Shown here: in pieces, positions 1-10,019 of the stretch
Position numbering within the stretch: the first letter of the stretch is position 1
Layout: each line of letters opens with the position of its first letter
The notes under the pieces: generated by a model
Told to the model about the DNA's origin: nothing
Database searches by the model: none
Seen by the model: only the letters and a program-made list of their open reading frames with translations
Origin: Octopus bimaculoides
Taxonomy: Eukaryota
Reading direction: 5' to 3'
Assembly (NCBI RefSeq): GCF_001194135.2
Contig: NC_068986.1
Coordinates: 62,078,762 to 62,117,997, forward strand
DNA: 39,236 nt
Made by a program: the position numbers and the translations under genes

Positions 1-228
1 ATTTCGAGCGTGGCCGTTGCCAGTATCACCTGACTGGCCTTCATGCAGGTGACACGTAAAAGCACCTACTACACTCTCTGAGTGGTTGACGTTAGGAAGG
101 GCATCCAGCTGTAGAAACTCTGCCAAATTTAGATTGGAGCCTGGTGTTGCCATCCGGTTTCACCAGTCCTCAGTCAAATCGTCCAACCCATGCTAGCATG
201 GAAAGTGGATGTTAAACGATGATGATGA

Positions 229-230
<2 letters not shown>
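1..230 (+). mobile_element. 3' tail of RTE-clade LINE (or an RTE-tailed non-autonomous derivative), cut by the window start
   Basis: Ends ...GTCCAACCCATGCTAGCATGGAAAGTGGATGTTAAAC(GAT)n. The same terminus follows RT-coding sequence at 6950-6997 and, reverse-complemented, at 37592-37650. Confidence 0.85.
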
Positions 231-263
<33 letters not shown>

Positions 264-440
264 CACATGTATAGATATGTATATATGTATATATACATGT
301 ATAGATATGTATATATATATATATACATTATAGATATATATAGATATGTGTATATATATATATATATATATACATTATAGACATGTATAAATATATATAG
401 ATATATATATATATACACATGTATACATACATATATATGT
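231..440. repeat. (AT)n/(ATAC)n compound microsatellite
   Basis: Directly visible. It generates the spurious IY-rich ORFs in the track. Confidence 0.95.
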
Positions 441-835
441 GATGGCCGTCCACTCGTGACCAAGGAAGACCATTGCCGACCTTCAGGAACATTGTGTGCT
501 CTAGGACTAACTTATATTTTGCATTTGCGGCTCCATTGGTGGCTAATGAGCCCTGCTCTTGACTAGCATGCATAACTGCAAACATTGCAGACCAAGCTTT
601 CCCCATTCACTATATGAGCTCTGCGCTTTCGTGCAGCTCGCTTAAGTTCTTCATGCTGGATACATGCTCTCTCAAAAGTGTCGATCCCCTCCTTAACCTA
701 TTTCCTCCATCTGTGGCGATGACAGGCATTGTTCTCCCAGTCAGTGTCCTGCATATCACAGGCCTTTAATGAGGACTGGACACAGTCCTTAAATCGCAGT
801 CTTGGTTTCTTCTGGGGTCTCCTTCCATTCACAAG
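441..835 (-). mobile_element. RTE-clade LINE, extreme C-terminal ORF and 3' end (decayed)
   Basis: Minus strand translates LVNGRRPQKKPRLRFKDCV...ERACIQHEELKRAARKRRAHIVNGESLVCNVCSYAC*SRAGLISHQ, the typical RTE C-terminus with a terminal C-x2-C...H motif. Confidence 0.8.
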
Positions 836-1076
836 TGCTCTACTCATGTGAGACATGGACTCTGTACAAACGTCAGATAACGGTCGTTGAACGCTTTCAT
901 CAGAGATGTCTCAGACACATTCTCAATGTTGGCTGGACCTCAAAAATTCTAGACACAGAGGTCCTGAGGACAGCTGATATATTGAGTATTGAGGCAATAG
1001 CACCGGTTACGTTGGACTGGACACCTTATTAGAATGAAAGATAGCAGGATTGCTAAGGAGATGCTATATGGAGAAC
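836..1076 (+). mobile_element. RTE-clade LINE post-RT segment, inverted relative to 441-835
   Basis: LYSCETWTLYKRQITVVERFHQRCLRHIL...(frameshift)...[25 protein letters not shown]. In RTE ORFs this immediately precedes the LVNGRRP..KPRLRFKD segment found on the opposite strand. Confidence 0.85.
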
Positions 1077-1126
1077 ACACACACACACATATATATTTAT
1101 ACATGTATATATATGTGTATATATAC

Positions 1127-1197
<71 letters not shown>

Positions 1198-1320
1198 CAC
1201 ACACATGTATATATGTATGTATATGTATATATATACACACACATGTATATATGTATGTATATATATACACACACACACACACGCACACATATGTACATGT
1301 GTACACACACACACTCATAT
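1077..1320. repeat. (AC)n/(AT)n compound microsatellite
   Basis: Directly visible. Confidence 0.95.
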
Positions 1321-1850
1321 ACTAAAGTTCTGGATTCCAAATGTAGCATTGTCCCCATATAGACCACCAGAAATATCAGGGAAGTGGGTCTGGAGACCAT
1401 GGTGCAGGCAACAACCTACATGGATGGTAACTTGGGAGAGTCGCTCACCCCCATTGGGATGTCAAAATAGTTAGGGTCTCTTTACGGGCCCAGAATTTCT
1501 CATTGAATTTTAAAATGGTTCAAAAGGCTGACAGGATAATACCTTTAGTAAGGTTTTAGAATCTTACATTGCAAATATAAGGGCTTTGTTAAGTAGGATA
1601 GGGGATACACTGGAATAATATTGGTCTATATCTACCTGAATGAATTTATATATATATGTTTGGGGTTTAAGAATTTGAACCACTGGATGGCCTTAGTAGT
1701 GTTAGATCGTAGGTTTAGTTGGGGTAGAATTCCATCTAATATAACTTTGTTAATTCTACCTGTATCAGAGCTCGAGGGGCAAATGAAGGGATTGTGGCAA
1801 AATTTTCCTTATGGACCTTTAAGTTAATATGTGTTGGGCCTGTTGACCAG
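1321..1850 (-). pseudogene. Penelope-like element reverse transcriptase fragment (decayed)
   Basis: Minus strand, with stops and frameshifts: ..RINKVILDGIL..KAIQWFK..IQVDIDQYYSSVSPILLNKALIFA..YFDIPMGVSD..GGLYGDN. This matches PLE RT motifs (FIQFDIVEFYPSIS..LLNKAL, FDVTMGSYDG, GLYRDD). Not called by the ORF track. Confidence 0.75.
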
Positions 1851-2309
1851 AAACATTATTTTCTTACCTCCCTCTTTTCTAATAAATTCTAACTTACTAC
1901 CACTCGTAAATTTTCTCTTTATCCTGACATTGTTCCCCTTGATTTTTCTTTGACTCTGTTTAAATGTATTTACAGGGTGCCCCAATATACATTTATTTAT
2001 TTACAGTAGACATAATAAATTACCCCAGCCTATATTCACAATGACCTTTCCCAAGCCAGCTTCAATCTTACCAAATTTTTTTCCCCCTCTCCTTTTCTTT
2101 ATTCTTTTCTTAACAGTTTTATATATTTGCCCACTTCCATATATTTCTTCACACACATGCTTTTCTTTTTCTTCTCTCACTCGGTGCTTTCCACTCATTT
2201 TCAATCAAATCTCCTGTGAATTAACTTGGGATTCCTTAACAGCAATGTAACTTTCATATAACTAAGGTATCGTTGGCCTGATGAGTAGCTAGTGGAGTAC
2301 CCCTTGTTG

Positions 2310-2500
2310 AGTAATTACAATTTCCAACGTTCTGCAAGCTAGAAACAGATGTAGCCTGGATTTTACTCATTCCGTTCCCTAAATTTGGATTTTTATTCGC
2401 ATACATAGCAACCTCAGTTGCTAACCATGGACGATAAAATATCTTTTTCTAGCCTATTGAACTTCAATATAGGAAAAATTTACAACATTCTACACCAAAA
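2310..2500 (-). repeat. Old unclassified dispersed repeat, copy 1 (homologous to ~34065-34225 +)
   Basis: Reverse complement aligns by eye to 34065-34225, e.g. GAGGTTGCTATGTATGCGAATAAAAATCCAAA vs GGGGTTGCTATGTATGGGAATAAAAATTCAAA, and TTCTAGCTTGCAGAAC vs TCATAGCTAGCAGAAC. Confidence 0.65.
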
Positions 2501-3695
2501 AAACCATTATCGTTTCTGAAAGTTTTTTTTTATCTTCTATGGATCACTCAAAGCTTACTAGCTTTCTACACCTGGATCCTTGGATCTTAGCTTTACACAC
2601 ACACAAATTGAGGTAGTGGAACAGGTAAAATGTGTGTGTATATATGTATATATATGTATATAAGTAAAAAAGAAAATGGAGAAATTGACATATAGACATC
2701 AATTTATCAGAACATAATACAGTTCTGAACAATATCAAACTCAATTTCACCTACAATTCTTTCCATGTCCAATTAATTCAATTTGAGAAATTAAATTAAA
2801 TTTCCATATCGAATATCGTTAATTTTTAGGGGTTTTGGGAATTTGTGATTAATATATTTTGAAAATAATTCATAATATTAAATTAAAGATACTATGTATG
2901 AATTCAATAATGGTTTTAATTTTTATTGATTTCATTAATTTGGATCTGTTAACATTAGTGCTTTCCTCAATTAAGCTCATGTGTATCTGTTCACACTATT
3001 ATGTAAACAGATATATTGTGCACAAATATTGATGATGTAATACTTAGCTTTCATCGTCTAATAGCTTTCAATACATTAACACACACACACACAAATACAT
3101 ACTGAAAATATTACATATATGTAACTGTTTTTTAAAAAGAAATTAATGATAATAATCTATTATTTAACTGTAATTTGTAGATAATAACTGGGTGACTTAT
3201 AATAAATTTCTTAAGTGATTAAATACTTTAATATTTTAATCGGTCATAAGTAATAATGTAAATTATGAATAATGTTTTTTTAGCTTCATCTTCTAGTTTA
3301 AAATAATTGTATTGAAATATTAAAGCTAACAAATATTTTGTTTTTGTTTTTTTCAACACATTACACATGCATGCACACAAATGCACTTGCAAATTTGTAT
3401 TTACATATACATATGTAACGGTTTTGTAAATCCATTGGTTGCGGAAATGCACATATCTGAGTCTATCAAGGGGCAAGCAACACATCAGAATGTAGCTTCT
3501 TTCTATCAAATTCTTCCCCTGAAGAAAAACCCAATTAACAATATTCAATGTGGAAATTCAATTTAATTTCTCGAATTGAAGTAATTGGGCATGGAAGCAA
3601 TTGTAGGTGAAATTGAGTTGGATATTGTTCAGAATTGTATTATGTTCTAGTAAATTGATGTCTATATGTCAATTTCTCCAATTTCTTTTTAATAA

Positions 3696-4140
3696 TTTTT
3701 TTTTTTTTTTTTTTTTTTTTGCCTTTAACCCTCCAATGCGGAGTATAGGCCACTTATAATTGAATTCCATCTCACATGATTTTTCACTTCTGTACTTATA
3801 CTCTGCCATGAATATCCTCCTTTCTTTAGTTCCTTTTGTGTTGATCTATGCCACGAGTTCTTAGGCCTACCTTTCTTTCTATATCCATCCGGATTCCACT
3901 GTAAAGCACTTTTTGCTACATTTGGTGTGTCTTTTCTAATTGTGTTACAAATCCACTTCCACTTTTTCATTAATTTTTGCTCCCTAATTGAAACTTGATT
4001 TGTTCTTTGCCATAGCTCCATATTGCTTATGTGTTCGGGCCATCTAATTTTAAGTATACTACGCAAGCATCTGTTGATGAATGGTTGTATTTGCTTATTT
4101 GACTTAATACACCAAGAAACACTGATAGTTGACAAATCTT
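3696..4140 (-). mobile_element. 5'-truncated RTE-type LINE 3' end with poly(A) tail
   Basis: ORF 3725-4135: FINRCLRSILKIRWPEHISNMELWQRTNQ...KWKWI..TIRK...ALQWNPDGYRKKGRPKNSW. It is followed on the minus strand by A25 (T-run 3696-3720). A different RTE subfamily from the (GAT)n-tailed one. Confidence 0.85.
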
Positions 4141-4310
4141 GTCGTTTTAACTTTTTAGTAATGCATTAAAAAAATAGTATACCTACATCCATCAATGTGA
4201 AGCTGACATCTTTGGTTTCTCACTGATACACTGGATAAAACCAGGGAACTTGGATGCTGACATTCCTTTAAGATGATTTACATCCTTGATTTAATTATAT
4301 ATATAATTAA

Positions 4311-4716
4311 GGCACAGAACTGGCTGTGTGGTAAGTAGCTTGCTTACCAACCACATGGTTCCGGGTTCATTCCCACTGCATGGCACCTTGAGCAAGTGTC
4401 TTCTACTATAGCCTCGGGCATTCCAAAGCCTTGTGAGTGGATTTGGAAAATGGAAGCTGAAAGAAGTCCGTCGTATATATGTATATATATGTATGTGTGT
4501 GTGTATATGTTTGTGTGTCTGTGTTTGTCCCCCCAACATCGCTTGATAACCGATGGTGGTGTGTTTACGTACCTGTAACTTAGCAGTTCGGCAAAAGAGA
4601 TCGATAGAATAAGTACTAGGCTTACAAAGAATAAGTCCTGGGGTCAATTTGCTTGACTAAAGGCAGTGCTCCAGCATGGCCGCAGTCAAATGACTGAAAC
4701 AAGTAAAAGAGAAAGA
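4311..4716 (+). mobile_element. Full-length tRNA-derived SINE
   Basis: Pol III A-box-like TGGCTGTGTGG (4321-4331), B-box-like GGTTCATTCCC (4364-4374), internal (AT/GT)n tract and 3' end TGACTGAAACAAGTAAAAGA. Related copies at 9451-9727 and 9729-10009. Confidence 0.85.
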
Positions 4717-4729
4717 TATGTATATATGT

Positions 4730-6997
4730 TTCAAAGGGAAGCAGAGAGACAGGTATACTTAGCCAGGGGAGAAGCAGAAAAGAAGTTTGCCAATGTCTTG
4801 CATCATGAGGACCAAAGGCTTGAAGTGTTTCGTGTTGTAAGACAGTATGTGAGAGAGAATCATGATGTTGTAGGAGAGAAATGTGTCTGCATGGATGATG
4901 GCTCACTTGCATTTAACGATGCTGCAAAGAGAGAGACTTAGAGACGCCACTATGAAAGGTTGCTAAATATAGAGAATGAATGGGAGACAGAGAGTGCCAT
5001 ATGTTGACCCAACAAATGGACCAGCTATCTGAATTGACAGTGCTTTGGTAAATAAAGCAATTAAGGGTATGAAGACAGGGAAAGCCCCTAGCCCATCAGG
5101 AATCAAATTGTTGAATCAGGTGACGAAAGTCATGGAGAATGTCATAGCCCAACTAACTAGGGAGAAAGTTAGTTTAGATGAGACACAGTTTGAGTTAGTG
5201 CCAGGCAGAAGCACCACTGATGCTATATTTCTGGTAAGACAGCTACAGGAGAAATTCCTAGCCAAAGATAAACCTCTGTACTTGACTTTCGTTGATATGG
5301 AGAAAACCTTTGACAGAGTCCTCTGATCCTTTATCTGGTGGTCAATACAGAAACTAAGGATAGATGAGGGGTTAGTGAGAGCTGTATAAGCCATGTACAG
5401 GGATGCTTCAGTAAGGTGAGGGTTGGCAACGAGTATAGTTAAGAATTCTGGGTAGGAGCAGGAGTCCACCAAGGATCAGTCCTCAGCCCTCTGTTATTCA
5501 TCATAGTCCTCTAAGCAATAACAGAGGAATTCAAGACAGGCTGCCCCTGGGAGCTCCTCAGTGCTGATGACCTGGCTCTAATAGCTGAGTCACTATCAGA
5601 ACTAGAGGAGAAGTTTGAGGTGTGGAATCAAAGGGCCTTAGAATCAATCTAGTAAAAACCAAAGTCTTAGTAAGGAGAAAGGCAGACAAACCACAAATCC
5701 CTTCAGGTAGATGGCCCTGCTTGATCTTTAGAAAAGGTGTAAATAGAAACTCCATAAGATGTACCCAGTGTAAGCTCTGGATGCATAAAAAAGTGCAGCA
5801 ATATCAAAGGAAGGCTAACTGGGAAGATAGTTTTTGTGTGTGGTAGATGCAGAAGGACAATAAACAGAAAACAGATTCCATGACTTTTCAGTGGGGAAAA
5901 ACTAGAAGTAGTTGATAGCTAGGTGACCAAATCTGTAGTGGGGGTGGATGTTCTGAGAGCATAGCTGCTAGAATAGGAATAGCCTGGGCAAAGTTCAGAG
6001 AGCTCCTACTTCTGCTGGTAACAAAGGGCCTCTTGCTCAGAGTGAAAGGTAGACTGTACAATGTATGTGTGTGAACAGCTATGCTACAGAGCAGTGAAAC
6101 ATGGACTGTGACTGCTGAGGAAATGCGTAGGCTTGAAAGAAATAAAGCTAGTATGCTCTGCTGGATGTGTAATGTCAGTGTGTATACACAACAGAGTGTA
6201 AGTGCCCTGAGAGAAAAGTTGGACATAAGAAGCATCAGATGTGGTGTGCAAGAGAGACGATTGCGCTGGTATGGTCATGTGTTACTTATGGATGGGGACA
6301 GCTGCATGAAGAAGTGCCACACACTAACAGTGGAGGGAACCAGTGGAAGAGGTAGGCCCAGGAAGACCTAAGATGAGGTGGTGAAGCATGACCCTCAAAT
6401 GTTGGGGCTCTCAGAGGCAGTGACAAGTGAGCGAAACTTTTGGAGACATGCTGTGCTTGAGAAAACCTGGTAAGCCAAGTAAGACCGTAGCTGTGACCTA
6501 GGCTAGTGTCACATGAGTGGCCCATTTAAGAGTACCCTTCAATCATTGGGTAATATACTGTGCTTGAGAAGACAACGCTAGTCAAGTGAAATCATTGTCA
6601 TGGCCATTACTAGTACCACCTGACTGGCGTCCATGCCAGTGGCACATAAAAAGCCTCATTTGCACGTGGTCGATGCCAGTGCCGCCTGATTGGCCCCTGT
6701 GCCAGTGACACATAAAAAGTACCATTCAAACGTGGTTAATGCCAGTGCTGCCTGACTGGCTAGCATGCTGGTGGAATGTAAAAGGCATCACTTGAGTAAA
6801 GTCGATGCCAGTATTGCCTGGCATGTAAAAAGTACCCACTACACTCTCGGAATGGTCGGCGTTACAAAGGGCAACTAGCTGCAGAAACCTTGCCAGATTA
6901 GATTGGAGCCTGGTGCAGCCTTCTGGTTCACTAGTCTTCAGTCAAACTGTCCAACCCATGCCAGCACGGAAAGCGGATGTTAAATGATGATGATAAT
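4730..6997 (+). mobile_element. 5'-truncated RTE-clade LINE with decayed RT, internal deletion and complete 3' UTR
   Basis: Fragments KGMKTGKAPSPSGI, QFELVPGRSTTDAIFLVRQLQEK, FVDMEKTFDRV, LLSADDL (YADD mutated), SETW, RLRWYGHV, GRGRPRKT*. Many stops and frameshifts. Ends GCGGATGTTAAATGATGATGAT. Confidence 0.95.
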
Positions 6998-7328
6998 GTA
7001 CAGCAAGTTATCTCCAGTGTAGAAAGTATATTTGAATATTTTACAATATACACAATGAATAAAAGATGAATATAAATATTTCTGTTATTTCTTTACAGAA
7101 AAATTGTCTCCAACCAGAATCAAATTATTTTAAATGAGTCCTTTAACAGAAAGCTATTGTTCATTTACAAACGTTGCATGGGAGGTGGAGTAATGATTTA
7201 AAACCCATGCATAAAAGCTTTATGCAGTTTTCTTTTTATGATCACTATAATGATGTGGTAAATATGAACAAATTGTTCATTTAATATGGATCACTTACAA
7301 AGTATGAGTATCAGTTGGAGGTGTGTAC

Positions 7329-7808
7329 TATACTAGCCTTGAAGCCTTCAGCCCCACTATTGGGCTGCTTCGGGGCCCTTTAGCCTTGTGTAATGAAATG
7401 AACTTGGACACATTCATTGTATATTTATCTTCTGGTATTAATTATCCAACATCCTATTCCAAACTCTTTATGTAGTAAAAATAGTGGGGACAGTAGAGAC
7501 CCATTTAAGTGGCTCTTCAGAAACTGAACCTCCTTATGGTACTCCCTGGGAGTTCATGGTATGAAATTTATTGTCATTGTTCTGATCTGGTTGCCAATAC
7601 CATGTATTTAGTGTAAAATGCAGTAAAAATAGGGGGATCAGTGGGGCCCCAATTAAGTGGTCCTTAAGAAAATAAACCCCCTTAGGACATTCCCTGAGAT
7701 TAGGGGAGTTGCTGGCTTGAGTTTCGTCAGCCTTGCATCAATGGTCTAGAAGGAATTAACATAAAAATGTAACGGACAGAGAAATATCACTCAAATTTAT
7801 AATAGGAT
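7329..7808 (+). mobile_element. Putative non-autonomous Helitron/Helentron-type (Lep1/DINE-like) element
   Basis: Starts TATACTAGC followed by a hairpin (7341-7371, CAGCCC/GGGCTG). Has an internal ~38-bp direct repeat (GTAAAAATAG.GGG..CAGT.G.G.CCC..TTAAGTGG at ~7474 and ~7623). Ends ...ACGGACAGAGAAATATCACTCAAATTTTATAATAGGAT, resembling Lep1-type 3' ends. Classification is from recalled architecture only. Confidence 0.5.
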
Positions 7809-7813
7809 TTATA

Positions 7814-9448
7814 CCATGTTTCCCCGAAAATAAGCCCTACCATGATTTCACGGGGTGTTTTTAATATAAGTCCTACCCTGAAAATAAGACCTAGTCAAAG
7901 ATGCATCAGCTTGTTAGCAAGACCATGTAATGTTTGCAGAATAAATTAACTACCACAGCTTGGCTAAAGTCTGTGGTAAGCTTGACTCCTTTGTCCCCCA
8001 GGCAAGATGAGAGCAAAAAGAAAGAGTTATTCCATGGAGTACAATAACAAGAATCTTATGGTTTTCTGTAAGAAGATGTTGGATCTTTGAATGGTTCAAA
8101 CAGGGTGAGCAGAGTACGGTAATCTCAGTAGACAGGTAGATGAGGGAAGTGTTAAAAAATGCAAGTGTGGATCAGGTCAATAACCATTATTTTTGGAGCT
8201 GGAAGATATCACCTTGGGATGGATTGCTGACAAGAGAACAAAGGCTTTGGTTATATGCAGGGCTGATATCCAAGAATTTGTTCTTGCAATGGCACAACAG
8301 TTGGATATACCCCTAGAGATATTCAAAGCATCACCTCATTGGTTGGATGACTTCTTTTGGTGATATGAGCTCTTACTAAGAAGATTGACAGCACTGTTCA
8401 AGCTGGAGGATGCTGAAGTGATTCAATGTGTACTGGCATTCAAGTTCTTCATTGGTAACATTAACTTTTCTAAATACAATCTCTCCAATATAATTGCTAT
8501 GGATGAGACTGCAGTATTTATGGGCCAAGGATCGAAAACAATTGAATAGACAGGTGCCTCTTCAATCTATGTTACCTCAACAGATTATGAAACTGCAAAA
8601 GTTACTTGTATTTTTGCAATTTGTCTTGATGGAACAAAAGTCCCACTGCTTATCATCACAAAAGGCAAAAAAGAAAAAATAGAATGAGTTTCAGGTATTT
8701 ATGTCCTTGAAACGGAAAAGGCTTGGTGCACACAAGCTGTTACAAGCTGTGGATTTAACTATGCCACTTGTCTTAAAAAGTTCTCAAAGAGGTCTTTTAG
8801 TCTGGGATTCGGCCACTACTCATCACGCAAAAGATATGAAAACTTTCCTTTCAGAAAGAAGAATTGACCACATAATGATTCCTGCAGGAATGACTTCATA
8901 TCTGCAAACATTAGATCTTGTCATAGACAAGTTCTTCAATGATTACTTGTGGACGGAAGTGAATGAATATATCAAACATAGAATGGGGAGAAAACAGCAT
9001 GGAAACTTTGTCAAACCCAACCTCCAAAAAGTCGTGAATTGGTTGAAGAATTCATGGAATAAAATTACTGACAGTTTCATTGCCAATGCACTATGAGCAG
9101 GGTACTTGGACAAAAAGTGTTCATTTTAGGAAGGCCATACTGCCAAACATGATAGATTGGGGTCCATGATTCTACAGAAAATAGATTTGCAAGAAATTCA
9201 GTGTAAAATTTGGGGTTTGATAATTCATGACAATGTTCCAGAAGAGGACGAAATGTTTGTACTTGACTAAAAACAATAAGCAAATAAATAAACTTTTGAT
9301 AACTAAAAACATGTTTCCGTTTTACATTTTTTTCTTTTTACATGAGGACGTGAGGCTTTTTTGTCTTTCTTGTATTTTTTCTGCAAAAATATAAGCCCCC
9401 CCCCCAAGCTCTAGTGCGTTTTTGGGTCTTGTTTTCAAGGAAACACGG
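7814..9448 (+). mobile_element. Full-length pogo-superfamily DNA transposon (decayed)
   Basis: TIRs CCATGTTTCCCCGAAAATAAGCCC (left) and reverse complement CCGTGTTTCCTTGAAAACAAGACCC (right). TA target duplication at 7812-7813 and 9449-9450. Subterminal AA(A/T)ATAAG(C/T/A)CC repeats. Confidence 0.9.
8007..9270 (+). pseudogene. pogo-type DD35D transposase pseudogene (CENP-B-like HTH plus DDD domain)
   Basis: MRAKRKSYSMEY... LFLELEDITLGWI..FKASPHWLDDFF; NIIAMDET (D at 8502), LLVWDS (D at 8806), YLQTLD (D at 8914), with 35 residues between the 2nd and 3rd D. Several in-frame stops and a frameshift near 8745. Confidence 0.9.
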
Positions 9449-9450
9449 TA

Positions 9451-9727
9451 TACACACACACACACATATATATATATATACACACACACGTATATATATA
9501 CATGTATTTATGCGGTGTGTCTTTGTGTCTGTTTGTCCCCCACCATTGCTTGGCAAGCGATGTTGGTGTGTTTATGTCCCTATAACCTAGTGGTTTGGTA
9601 AAAGAAACTGATAGAATAAGTACTAGGCTTATAAAAAATAAGTTCTGGGGTTGATTTCTTTGTCTAAAAACCCTTTAAGGCAGTGATCCAGCATAGTTGC
9701 GGTTAAGTGACTGAAACAAGTAAAAGA
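9451..9727 (+). mobile_element. 3' half of tRNA-derived SINE (starts at its internal microsatellite)
   Basis: Colinear with 4480-4710 (TTTGTCCCCC..GATAGAATAAGTACTAGGCTT..TGACTGAAACAAGTAAAAGA). Confidence 0.85.
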
Positions 9728-9728
9728 A

Positions 9729-10009
9729 TTGACCCCCAGGACTTATTCTTTGTAAGCCTAGTACTTATTCTATCGTTCTCTTTTGCCAAACCGCTCAGTT
9801 ACGGGGATATAACCACACCAACCTCAGTTGTCAAGATACCCCTTCACGACGGGCTTCTTTCAGTTTCCATCAACCATATCCACTCACAAGGGTTTGGTTG
9901 GCCTGAGGCTATAGTAGAAAACACTTGTCCAAGGTGCCACGCAGTGGGACTGAACCCAGAACCATGTGGTTGGTAAGCAAGCTACTTATTACACATCCAC
10001 TCTTGCGCC
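9729..10009 (-). mobile_element. tRNA-derived SINE, internally deleted and 3'-truncated
   Basis: Reverse complement begins GGCGCAAGAGTGG.TGTGT..TAAGTAGCTTGCTTACCAACCACATGGTTCTGGGTTCAGTCCCAC. It lacks the central microsatellite segment and sits tail-to-tail with 9451-9727. Confidence 0.85.
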
Positions 10010-10019
10010 TATATATATA

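Noticed and set aside
212-1474. Many 60-146 aa IY/YI/HT-rich ORFs (also near 11750-12090, 28550-29250, 33395-33775, 36960-37650)
   Set aside because: Translations of (AT)n/(AC)n microsatellites, not genes.
2400-2430. RFX X-box promoter
   Set aside because: Only everted half-sites, and the sequence belongs to a dispersed repeat also found at ~34120.
4311-4385. tRNA gene
   Set aside because: A/B-box-like motifs head a SINE body found in several copies, and I could not fold a full cloverleaf.
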